A model generated the notes under the pieces. That model was not told the DNA's origin and did no database searches. It saw only the letters and a program-made list of their open reading frames with translations. A stretch of DNA of 63,513 nucleotides, the filler included, from Thraustochytrium aureum (taxonomy: Eukaryota), in NCBI GenBank assembly GCA_012862495.1. It is 5 parts of 4 records of this genome, joined end to end, with 100 filler letters (N's around TTAATTAATTAA, not from the genome) between each part and the next. Parts side by side here need not be neighbours in the genome. Positions count along the whole stretch, not along the records: positions 21,805 to 50,094 come from BLSG01000312.1; 4 more parts are not named here. The stretch is one strand, 5' to 3'. This document shows positions 22,538 through 33,473 of the stretch, piece by piece. Each line of letters begins with the position of its first letter. Positions within the stretch are counted from its first letter, which is position 1. Both the position numbers and the translations under genes were made by a program.

Positions 22538-22952
22538 CGCACAGGGATGGTCCGTTTCATGGAGGCAGTCTTCTCCGCAGTTGACCCATCAACACTACCT
22601 TACTCTACCTATGGACGTGTGGATGGCTGGCTCATCGGACGGCCGTCATCATTCGCGAGACTCCTCGCCATGTCCAGGCTTCCGGTTGCGACCTCGGGTC
22701 CTGCGAGACCGCTCCGGAGACCCGACAGCACGCGGCCGCCGTAGCGCGCAGGGATGTTCCGCTTCATGGAGGCAGACTTCTCCGCAGTTGACCCATCAAA
22801 ACCATGGACATGCGGCTGGCTGGCTCATCGCAAGGCCTTCATCACTCGCGCGGCTCCTCGCCACGTGCATGCTTCCGGTTGCGACCTCGGGTCCTTCGAG
22901 ACCGCTCCTGGGGCCCGACAGCACGCGGCCGCCGCAGCGCGCAGGGATGTTC
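22538..22952 (+). repeat. Two diverged tandem copies of an approximately 200-bp unit plus the start of a third
   Basis: cagggatg..ccg.ttcatggaggcag.cttctccgcagttgacccatcaa and cttccggttgcgacctcgggtcct...cccgacagcacgcggccgccg each occur twice. Confidence 0.9.
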
Positions 22953-23507
22953 CCTTCTCTGCGTCTTGATTGAAAGTAGAGTTGGTTGACCCGAGGACGA
23001 GGACCACCACGCCAAATCGCCAAGTCGACGAGGCTCGAAATGGCGTTGGCGCGGCTGCTTCCAGGCGGCGGGAGGACCTCGGCAGCGGCCATGGCGGTGG
23101 TCATGCTGCTGCTGACGACGGCCGTCATCATCGCGGCTGGCGCGCTGGCGAGCGCGCGGTCCAGTCTGATGGGCAGGAAAGCGAGCCATGGATGCGCGCG
23201 GGACGCAAGGGCGGACGGGCTGGATTCGCGCGAGACGGAGCCTGCGGCTTGCCGCAGGAGGACCAGGAGAAGCGATTCGGCGTACGCCAAGGAGGCGAGG
23301 GGCGCGAGAAGACCGCCCCATAGCCCCGGCGCATCGGGGCTCGGGTCGCTGGGGTGAGGTCGCGAAATCTGCGCACCTGCTGCTGACCGCCGACTCGGCT
23401 GGTCGGCTCGCTGGCGCGCCGGTCTGTGATGCCGCAAGTTGTAATCGCATTCGTTTCTATTTACTCTGATGTTGAACCCTCGCGCGAACGACGCGGGCAG
23501 TGTGCGA

Positions 23508-24392
23508 CTAGTAAACACCGACGCCCACGACGTGCGCGATGAGGTTGCCTGCAGCGCGGTACTTCTCGATGTTGGCGGGGTCTGCTGACCACTGCGCGCT
23601 TTCCAACGCGTATGGCGGCGCCGAAAATTCGTACACGCCGATAAAGTGGCCTATGAAGGCGACGTACCATTGGAAAAAGGGCTCGTGCGCGTCCAGTCCT
23701 TCCTCCCGCGCGCTCCAGAACATTAGACTCATCCACATCCTGCAGTCGTCCAGCTTGAATCGCCGGCCATGCTTTCCCGGCTCGCGCTTCGGCGAGGTCC
23801 AAGCGTCGCGATGTGCCGTCTGCCTCGCGTCTGGGGGCCTGCGCGAGGTCCACACTGGCTCGCCACTCATCTTTTCGATTATCCAGGTGCCGAGGCGCTC
23901 CCCATGTGGGTCATCGTGCGACCGGATGAAGCGATCGAGCGCTTTGTCTTCGAACGCGTGATTGTAGAACCGTTCGGTCATTGCGAGAATCGCGTCGTGC
24001 CCCACGTCATTGAGCAGCGCTTTGGAAGTCTCCGTCGCGACCATTGTGCGATAGTTGAGGCCGAGCCGGACCTGACCGGTCACCGTTTGCCGTGCCAGCA
24101 AGGCCTCGACCTTTTCTTCGCGCGTTCGCAGCTCGCCGTGAGGGATTCTATCGCGCTCTCCGGCCTCGGAAGGCGCGGTCCCGGCCTCCACTTCTTGGAC
24201 TTGTTCGATTGCTGTTGCTCCTGCTTCTTCCTGCCGCAGCCGCAGCGCCTTTGCCAGCTTGGCCTTGCTGACCTTTCCGTCTTTGCTCCCTGCGACGAGG
24301 CTGTCGAACACCGACTTGTCCCAATCCTTTCCTGCCGCCACCTTGGCTTCCAGCTCGCTGAGCCTTCCGCGGGCGGAGGCCGCGTTGCCCAT
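23508..24392 (-). CDS. Truncated (2/2) hemoglobin-like protein with an N-terminal myristoylation-like extension
   Basis: VG..AI..MTERFY...ED..L..F, H..RL..W..E..SG...W, AH, F...D...WM..M resemble group II truncated globins; protein starts MGNAAS. Confidence 0.7.
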   Translation of the reverse strand: MGNAASARGRLSELEAKVAAGKDWDKSVFDSLVAGSKDGKVSKAKLAKALRLRQEEAGATAIEQVQEVEAGTAPSEAGERDRIPHGELRTREEKVEALLARQTVTGQVRLGLNYRTMVATETSKALLNDVGHDAILAMTERFYNHAFEDKALDRFIRSHDDPHGERLGTWIIEKMSGEPVWTSRRPPDARQTAHRDAWTSPKREPGKHGRRFKLDDCRMWMSLMFWSAREEGLDAHEPFFQWYVAFIGHFIGVYEFSAPPYALESAQWSADPANIEKYRAAGNLIAHVVGVGVY

Positions 24393-24859
24393 ATCGACAC
24401 CTCGTACCACCAGCTTCTCAACCGCCAGCCGCAGATCGATCCTTTTGTCTCCCCGGCTTCGCCTTGCCAATGATGTACTACACTGCGCTCGCGTTTCCCC
24501 GCAAACCTCGCGGGGTTGGGTGTCTGTCTGCTGTCTGCAGCAGCTCGCACTCGTGTGCGAGGTCCTCGGGTTTTGCAGCACAAGACCCGCGAACTGCCGT
24601 TCGGTCGCCTCGGCAGCGACTCTAGCGGAGTCCGACGCGATTCGGCCTCCGGCGCAGGCAGAGCGTTCGGCGCATGTATGTATGCATGCGCAGCCCAGCT
24701 GCCGGTTGCCAGCTTGCTTGGCTTTCTTGTCCTCGATGTTGTGGCATCGTCGGGTTTCGAGCGCTCCAATCCGATGCAAGAAAAGGGTCCTGTCCGTTCA
24801 CGGAAAAGAGCACAGATGCGCCCTTTCGAACTTGAGGGGCCGAGATCACGGGACGCCTC

Positions 24860-25450
24860 GATGGCGACGCGCGGCGCTACCGATGCGGACGACGGCTTGC
24901 TTTTTGTCAGGCCGAGCTGCTTTTGGTAGGCGCTGACGGTCAATCTCGGCCTCCTCCAGATGGCGACGCGCGGCGCTACCGATGCGGACGAGGGCTTGCT
25001 TTTTGTCAGGCCGAGCTGCTNNNNNNNNNNNNNNNNNNNNNNNNNNNNNNNNNNNNNNNNNNNNNNNNNNNNNNNNNNNNNNNNNNNNNNNNNNNNNNNN
25101 NNNNNNNNNNNNNNNNNNNNNNNNNNNNNNNNNNNNNNNNNNNNNNNNNNNNNNNNNNNNNNNNNNNNNNNNNNNNNNNNNNNNNNNNNNNNNNNNNNNN
25201 NNNNNNNNNNNNNNNNNNNNNNNNNNNNNNNNNNNNNNNNNNNNNNNNNNNNNNNNNNNNNNNNNNNNNNNNNNNNNNNNNNNNNNNNNNNNNNNNNNNN
25301 NNNNNNNNNNNNNNNNNNNNNNNNNNNNNNNNNNNNNNNNNNNNNNNNNNNNNNNNNNNNNNNNNNNNNNNNCTACCGATGCGGACGACTGCTTGCTTTT
25401 GTTCAGGCCGAGCTGCTTGTGGTAGGCGCTGACGGTCAATCTCGGCCTCC
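24860..25450 (+). repeat. 99-bp minisatellite (about 6 units if the gap size is right)
   Basis: Unit gatggcgacgcgcggcgctaccgatgcggacg... starts at 24860 and 24959; sequence after the gap (25373) resumes in near-perfect phase. Confidence 0.9.
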
Positions 25451-25657
25451 ACGATCTGCTCGGTTGCTGGACGCTTGGCGGCCGGATCGGTGGATGCTGC
25501 AGGTCGCTCAGCGCGGCTCGCAGGCCGTGGCAAGCGGCGGAGACGGGACGTAGAGAATTCTTAGGTGGTGTACTGTGGTATCCTACTGTGGCTGGCCGAC
25601 TCGCTCGAGCCAGCGATGGGCTTTGCGGCCCGCTCGGTTCAAGTTGCGTTCTGCAAG

Positions 25658-28466
25658 CTAGTCGAGGCGCGAGTATGACCCCCGGCGCCGCGGCGCCGCG
25701 ATGCGGCGGGGACGCCATGTGCACGGTCTCGCTGTCAATGTCGCTCACGCTAGAGAACTGCCGGTCGAGTGGCAGCCGGTCGGAACGCGCGCCGTTGCCG
25801 CGGCCGCTTCCCCGCTCCTCTTCGCCCTCCTCCCAGCCGTCGCCACGAGCGTCGGCGTCAGCGACCGCGGCCTTTGGACGCGAAGCGTGGAAAAGCGTCG
25901 AGGTCATGTTCATGACTGGCTTTTCCACAACGAGGTAGAGCGCGAGCGAGAGCAGGTAGGCAAAGAAGATGTAGCCAACGACCTCCAGCGCGATGCGCGA
26001 GGCAACCCAGTTGCTGGTGTGACGCGCCTGGCCTGCAACGAAGACGATGACGGGGATATGCACGAGGTAGGCGTTGTAGGTGAGGCGAGCCAGCGGTGTG
26101 AACGCTGGGTACGCGAGCGCCCACTTCACCCGCAGCACGTCGTACCTGTCGTCGCAAAAGAGGACGTAGATAAAGGCGGCAAGGCCGAGGCTCCAGAACA
26201 GGTAGCACCACGCGTAGTAAAAAACGACGACGCCTTTCGACCAGTTCGGCAAGATGAAGAAACCAAACTTGAACTGCGCAAGCCAGACCTGGCACTCATG
26301 CTCGGAAGCCTCGCAGCGGAACTGGTCGAACAAAGCGCAAACCAGCGCAAACATGGCCGCCACACCGCCAACCAGCAGCGCTTGCGGCAGCAAGCCGTGC
26401 GGCCAGCCGCGAATCGTTTTCCAGGCCGGGGCTGGCTCGTTCGCTGCTAGGAGGGCGGCCTCCTGCTCTCGGCCATCCTCCTCGACAGCCTGCGCCTTGG
26501 CGCTCTCGACGCGCTCAAAGTGAAAGAGCGCCAGAGCGACGCCCACCACATACGGCGTCATGCGGCACCAAGGCTTGGTGTAAACGCGGTCTGCAAAGTT
26601 CGGGTCGGAGCTGGGATTCGGCCCCATCCCAGCCAGCTCTGCGCTGGTAACCGCGAGTTGGGTGACGACGAGCACGAGCGAGGGGGCCCATTTGAGCAGC
26701 GAGGCGCGCAAACCCGACGAGTGCATTCCGTCGAGGTACAGCTGCGCAATCACAGGTGCGAGCAAAAAGAATTGAAAGTCGTTGGCAAGGTACCAGGTCC
26801 AGCCCGCGCAAATGTCCATCGCCCCGGCGTGACCCCAAGGGAAAATGTTGTTGACGTAGAGGAGATTGAAGATCCAGTTGTCGTCGCAGGCTTTGCGGGC
26901 CGTTCCGGACGCCGCGCTCCAGTTGGGCCCCGTCGACATGGTGGGCAAGACTTTCCAGTACACGAGCACGACCAGGGCGTACGTGGGCGTGAGTCGCAAG
27001 AAGCGCCCCAGCATCAGCATGCCGTACGTCCGCGGCGATAGGCGGCGCTTGCGAAACTGTTGCACCATGCCCCAAGTCGCTAGGAAACCGCTCATGAGGA
27101 AGAACGTGTCCACGGCGTACTCGGCGCCGCGGATGAAAACGAACGAAACCCAGTCACCACGCGGGCCACTGCGCTCGGGTTGGCCACGTTCGTGTAGGCA
27201 AGAACGGTGTGCCCAGTAATCACCCAGCACATGGACAGGAAGCGGATCCCGTTGAGCGCGTTAAAGTCGCCTGGAATGGCGGCCACGAGTCGGGCCCCAT
27301 TCTTGTTCATCGCAAACCAGCGGACCACCGCCGAATCGGCCGCAGGCGCGCCGTGCCCGCCCCAGGCAACAATCACTGTCGCAACGAGCGCAACCGCGGC
27401 GAATGCGCCGAGGACAATGAGCGTGGACCAGCCGACGCCGTCCAGCTCTATCTCGTCCGAGTCCACACAGCTCACCTCGAGCGAGCCGCGCAGTTTGTGC
27501 ACGAGTTTCTCGACGGCTTCGGTTGCGCTCGCGTTTGCGTGTACCAGCTTGAGCAAGCGATGTGCGAGAGACTCGAGCTGGGCGTTAAACCCAGTCCATA
27601 GCGCTTCGGGGTCGCAGCTCTTCGACACGCACTGGTCGAGCCGAAACGGTCCGAGTGGGAAGCCGCCAACATCGAGGTGGAAGGGCTTGAGCCCGGCCAC
27701 ATGCGACGTGGGGACCACCAAGGGCATGGTGGACTGGATCGAGCAAAAGTGCGCGTCCTCGAACGTCCTGCACAGGTCATAGTTGCCCTCGAACAGCAGC
27801 GGAAGCTGCAAGGGCAGGACACCTGCCGGCAGATGCCCGGACGCGGCAGCGCACGGCAACGTCAGGCTGGGCTCCCACGCGTGCCACGTCGACTTGCACG
27901 CGAGCGGCCCGCAAGCGGCCAGCACGTTCGCCTCGNNNNNNNNNNNNNNNNNNNNNNNNNNNNNNNNNNNNNNNNNNNNNNNNNNNNNNNNNNNNNNNNN
28001 NNNNNNNNNNNNNNNNNNNNNNNNNNNNNNNNNNNNNNNNNNNNNNNNNNNNNNNNNNNNNNNNNNNNNNNNNNNNNNNNNNNNNNNNNNNNNNNNNNNN
28101 NNNNNNNNNNNNNNNNNNNNNNNNNNNNNNNNNNNNNNNNNNNNNNNNNNNNNNNNNNNNNNNNNNNNNNNNNNNNNNNNNNNNNNNNNNNNNNNNNNNN
28201 NNNNNNNNNNNNNNNNNNNNNNNNNNNNNNNNNNNNNNNNNNNNNNNNNNNNNNNNNNNNNNNNNNNNNNNNNNNNNNNNNNNNNNNNNNNNNNNNNNNN
28301 NNNNNNNNNNNNNNNNNNNNNNNNNNNNNNNNNNNNNNNNNNNNNNNNNNNNNNNNNNNNNNNNNNNNNNNNNNNNNNNNNNNNNNNNNNNNNNNNNNNN
28401 NNNNNNNNNNNNNNNNNNNNNNNNNNNNNCAGCAACAAGCGCCGCGACCGCAGCGAGCCTGGCCAT
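25658..28466 (-). CDS. NRF-6-like O-acyltransferase (acyltransferase 3 family) with luminal N-terminal domain; gap, frameshifts, 3' end uncertain
   Basis: Signal-like MARLAAVAALVA, GNYDLC, LNGIRFLSMCWVITGH, AVDTFFLMSGFL, RFLRLTP, WTWYLANDFQFF, YTKPWCR, LTYNAYLVH, VEKP. Confidence 0.88.
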
Positions 28467-29813
28467 GGCGGCGCTCCACGGGCGCAATCCCAGGGACCGC
28501 CCTGCCTCGATGCGATGCGGGACGGCGCTTTGCAGCCAGATCCGAAACACTCCTCGCGCTCCGCCGAAGGTCTGCCTCGCTGTGTTGGTGCGTGCGTCTC
28601 GTTGCTCGATTGCCTCGTTGAATTCTTGTGGCGATGATTGGCAACGCATGTAGAGACGCGAGGGACACAGCTTTCGACTCGCGTCTTGTACCCGTACGAA
28701 GCGAACAAGCTCGCCTGGTCGACTCTCCTCGCTGCCCCGAGGCACCGTGGTGCCGGAGCCTCGTTGCCGATCAGCGAAGGCCGGCTTCGCAGGGGCAGTC
28801 GTTCAACGACGAATTGGCACGGCTTGGGCGGGGTCCAGCCTGAAGACAAGGGACTGGTGGGCGGCAACGCGTTGCTGTGTCCCCATGTGACGACGAGTTG
28901 AGCCGATGCTGGCAGCACCGAAGGAGCTCGAGTCGCATGCGACTGCATGCGGACGGCCTTTGACAACGTTCCATTTTCCACGCGATTCTGGCATGGACTC
29001 GTCGCCCTCATCTTTACGTGACTCGGATCGCGGTCGATGGAAACGCCGTGGGTTGACCCACGATCGCCTCGCGAGCGCTGCACTGCAAACCTCTGGCACG
29101 TATGTAGGGCCGGGAGGGCGAGGACGGCGGCCATGGAGCCATCCGTCGTTGGGAGGCCTCGAGGACATCGGCATGGATGCTGCGTCCGTCGGAGGTTGGC
29201 GTTGCGCTGTGCAGCGGATGTGCCATTTCTAACTAAAGGACAGGGCAGGGTTTACTTCATTTGGTTGGGTTGTTACTCTACGCGACGCTAAAAGACGTCA
29301 AGTTCAGTGCGGTGTCTTTCGGCCCGCCCAACCGCCCTTGATGCTCGGGTGCCCCTATCTGTAATTATGTAGGCTGGGGATGTCGAACAGCTCCGAACCC
29401 TCTGCGACGCTATACCCGCCCCGCAGCGACCCGCTGCGCTGCTGCCTCTACCTCGCCTGCTTCGCGCACCAGCCATGCATAGATAGGCCTACACGTATGT
29501 CCAACCGGTCCTTCCTTGCGTGCGCAGGTTCGATCGATACACCTTTTCGAAACGGTAACACGAGCCCCGCCGCCATTTCTCCCGTGCCGAAGAGCGAGTG
29601 CCGACGCCGACCGTCTTGATTCTTCGAATCGCTCCCTCGCGAGGCGCCGCCGCAGGTACAGCAAACCCGCTCCGAGATCGATCGCCCTGGTCAGATGCCA
29701 AGTCGAGCGTTCGGTTTGTGGTGTCTACGAACTGCGACGTAGACAGCACCGAGCACTCCGAGCCTGACTCGAGGAGCCTCCAGAGCAGCGCTGGCAACGC
29801 CATTTCGAGCCAG

Positions 29814-31419
29814 ATGGGCGAGACGGCCTGGCGCGAGGGGCTTGGCGCTCTCGTCGAGGTCTACACCGAAGAAGGCCCGAGAAAGCGGGGCTCGCTGCGA
29901 GAGGCGCTCGACCTCGTAGGGGCGCACAAACCCCTTGGTGTGCGCGTCGGTGCGCAAGCGCCAGACGACGCAGCCAGCCCGACCTCGGACGATCTGGAAG
30001 ACGACTTTATCAACGCCGGCGCTGCGCTGGATAGCGACGACTCTTCCGATGATTTGGCGGCGAGCTCTGTCGGCAGAGCAGCCACATTTGACGCGCTCAA
30101 GGTAGAAGAGCTGCGCCGCAGCCTCGTGAGGTGGAGGCTTGGGCTGGGGATCGAGCGCGCGAACAGCGCTCGCGTCGCGCTGGCGGGAGTCCTGAACCAA
30201 GTTCCAGCGCTTCTCCAACTCCTGGAGCCGCTAGCCGACTACTGGGCCTGCGAGCTGGCCGGAAAGGACTCGGCTTTGTACGATGACCAACTAATGAGCA
30301 GCTGGACGGGGGAGCTCGTGGCCAACCTCCTGTGCTTGTACACGTGCGCTGCGATGGACGACGCTACAGCTTGTGCCGCCTTGGCAGCCGTCCCGCGGGC
30401 GGTTCGCGATCTTGGCGACAACCTCAGNNNNNNNNNNNNNNNNNNNNNNNNNNNNNNNNNNNNNNNNNNNNNNNNNNNNNNNNNNNNNNNNNNNNNNNNN
30501 NNNNNNNNNNNNNNNNNNNNNNNNNNNNNNNNNNNNNNNNNNNNNNNNNNNNNNNNNNNNNNNNNNNNNNNNNNNNNNNNNNNNNNNNNNNNNNNNNNNN
30601 NNNNNNNNNNNNNNNNNNNNNNNNNNNNNNNNNNNNNNNNNNNNNNNNNNNNNNNNNNNNNNNNNNATGCTCTTTAGGTTTGCCGCCCTTGTGCCCTCTG
30701 ACGCGCTTGGTAGCGTCCTGGTCCCCGCGTTCCGGCAGCTCTGCAAGGCCAAGCCGATCCGCGCCGGATGCCTTGTTGCGTTGTGCAAGCCAGCGCTCGG
30801 AACGAAGGAAAATATCGAGAAGGCCAACCGCGAGCTCTGCAGCACCGCACGCACGTCATACGTGGCTCAGTTGTGCGAATGGTCAAACTCGGACGTGACT
30901 GCTTCCGAACGGGACGTCGCACTTGCGCTGATCGCCCCGAGCGCAGCGGACACGAACGCCCTTCGCAGCGTGCTTGTCTCGGACGATGCAGCGGTCGCTG
31001 CAGCCGTCGCACGAGCGCGGTTGTCCGCCGCCGTGAGTATGGCGCTTGATGTGCGCGTAGTAGACCCATCAGAACCCGGCATCGTCTCGCACGCCGAGCA
31101 CCGCACTCGAGTTCTTGCGAGCAAGCTTGGCCTTGAAGACGGCGTGGAGCGCATCGAGTCGGACATCGAGGCCTTGCGCCGCGAGCATGGCGATGCGGTG
31201 TGCAGTCTGGCCCAAATTGTACTCGACAGACACAAGGATGCGGCGAAGCCAGAGGAAAGCGCAGGCGGGGACCCGGCGAGAGGGGCAGCGAAAGACCCAG
31301 CGGACCCGGTTGCGGAAGAGGCCGCTCGTCCGCCCACTGAGAGCGCAACGGAAGCGAGTCTCGCCAAGCTGGACCAATTAGCCGCTTCTGACAGCGACGA
31401 CTCTGGCACTGACGAGTGA
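29814..31419 (+). CDS. Hypothetical helical protein, interrupted by an N gap
   Basis: Long ORFs on both sides of the gap with plausible composition and an acidic C-terminus; no family recognised. Confidence 0.55.
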
Positions 31420-31465
31420 GCGGCCCTCGAAACTGGACAACAGGCATTCTAAGGCAATTAGGTTT

Positions 31466-32461
31466 CTAGTTGGCAACAAGGGCGCGCTCTGGCTCTTCCT
31501 CCTCGCGCTCATATTCGATCTCAATCTGGCCGCCCTTGGAACCGCTTGGTTTGCGTTTCTTGGATTTCGGCCCAGCGCTCGCCCGAGCTGTCGGGCGAGG
31601 TTGTTTCCGTTTCTTGCCCTCTGCAGGGTCGGCCTCCACCGGGGCTTCGTCGTCGTCGTCATCGTCGTCGTTCTCATCGTCATCTTCATCGTCGTCTTCG
31701 TCGCTGCCCTCGTCTTCGTCGGATGGCGCGCCTTGTCCGGTCCAGCCGTCAAAGTCTTCGAGGTCGCTGCCTTCGTCAGAGTCCAGCGGTCCCTCCACAA
31801 ACTCGATCTTCTCCTCATAGTCCTCGTCAAAGTCTTCCGCGTCTTCCTCGTCCTCCTCTTCGACCTCGGCCTCCTCCTCGACCTCTGCAAGCGCGGTTTC
31901 GTACTGGCGCGCCGGGAAGTTGTAGATGTCGCCGTAAGTGCCTTGCTTCAGGCGCTCCAGAAGCTCTTTCTCGATCGACTTTTCGAGCATGGCAGCCGAC
32001 TCGGCCTTCTTTTCGCGGCGCGCTTCGCGCTGCTCGACCTTCTTGTGCACATTGACAAGCTTGGGGCGGATCTTCTTCCGGAGCTTGCGCATGCGGATCA
32101 GGTACTGGTGGATTTTGGTGAGCCGCTGTTTGCACTTGTGCTGCTGGAACCGTGACCAGAACTCTAGGTGCTTGTCGATGATCCCAAGCGCTTGGGTGTA
32201 GTTGCGCGGGAGCTCGATGCGCTCCCACAAGTACTTTGGCGTGTGGGCGCGCTCGACGGTCTTCATGTACAGGTAGCAAAGGCCATTATCCTCCTTGATC
32301 GTCGCGTACTGCGAGTTGGAAAGCGGGCATGCCTGCCTCGAGCAGAGCCCCGTCAGGTTGTACTCGTTCTTGCAAAAGTCGTTCTTGCCGACTGCCGCTC
32401 GAAACGAGCAGTGGTTTTTGCGGTGCCCGATCACCGACCAGATCAGATCGTCGTGCTGCAT
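31466..32461 (-). CDS. MAK16: 60S ribosome biogenesis protein MAK16
   Basis: MQHDDLIW...CSF...CKNEYNLTGLCSRQACPLSNSQY, YLYMKTVERAH, ELLERLKQGTYGDIYN, acidic tail with EIEYE. Confidence 0.97.
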   Translation of the reverse strand: MQHDDLIWSVIGHRKNHCSFRAAVGKNDFCKNEYNLTGLCSRQACPLSNSQYATIKEDNGLCYLYMKTVERAHTPKYLWERIELPRNYTQALGIIDKHLEFWSRFQQHKCKQRLTKIHQYLIRMRKLRKKIRPKLVNVHKKVEQREARREKKAESAAMLEKSIEKELLERLKQGTYGDIYNFPARQYETALAEVEEEAEVEEEDEEDAEDFDEDYEEKIEFVEGPLDSDEGSDLEDFDGWTGQGAPSDEDEGSDEDDDEDDDENDDDDDDDEAPVEADPAEGKKRKQPRPTARASAGPKSKKRKPSGSKGGQIEIEYEREEEEPERALVAN

Positions 32462-32910
32462 TCTCCCCCTGGTGTCCTCAGCGGCGGCGCCCAGCGAATC
32501 CCTCTACAGCGCGCGCGCAACAGCTGCGCCACCAGGTCAACGACTCTCGATGCCACCGCACGTCCGCCCGAGGACCGCTCGCAACTCAGCTCTGCCCATC
32601 GACCGCGTTCTGCCTGCCTACCAAACCAGTCCAACGAAAAACGTTTCGCACACACCGCGTTTCGCAGAGCTGAATTCATTCAAGAACAGAACAGAACGGA
32701 AGCCNNNNNNNNNNNNNNNNNNNNNNNNNNNNNNNNNNNNNNNNNNNNNNNNNNNNNNNNNNNNNNNNNNNNNNNNNNNNNNNNNNNNNNNNNNNNNNNN
32801 NNNNNNNNNNNNNNNNNNNNNNNNNNNNNNNNNNNNNNNNNNNNNNNNNNNNNNNNNNNNNNNNNNNNNNNNNNNNNNNNNNNNNNNNNNNNNNNNNNNN
32901 NNNNNNNNNN

Positions 32911-32992
32911 ACCCTTCGTCACGCCGCGTCACGCCACGTCACCCTTCGTCACGCCACGTCACTCTTCGTCACCCTTCGTCACGCCACGTCAC
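32911..32992 (+). repeat. 10-mer microsatellite (ACCCTTCGTC/ACGCCACGTC variants) at a gap edge
   Basis: Directly visible. Confidence 0.9.
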
Positions 32993-33473
32993 CTAATAAT
33001 AAACTCCCCATAAGGGGAACTTGGGCTCTCGGCATCTCTAGAGCATCTATCTGCTGTGGAGCGCATCACGCGCCGTCACGCGCCGTCACAAACCGATTGC
33101 TCTTACTGTGAGTTCGTGTGCCAGCCACTCTCGAGGAGACACACGTCGCCTGCGCGCTGCACTTCTGCTTGGCGTCATGGCAAGCTGTGCTGGATCGTTC
33201 TTGCAAGCGAACTACCCATGCATGTGGGGTTGAGGTACTCGTCCTGTTGCCGTCAAGTGAGGCCAAGGTCAGCTGGCCTTGGCTTTCGCAAGTCGACAAT
33301 CACGGCGCGGGACCAAGCTTGCGCCCACGCCGATAAAGGGGGGCTCAACGATGGCGCGGCAGAAAGCACGGCCGAAAAGATTCTCAAGCGCTTCGCTAGT
33401 CCCTTGGGACATGTTAGGAAGAAAGTAGAAGCGGTTGCGGCTCGCAAGCACACGCTGGGCAAGCCGGCGCAAG

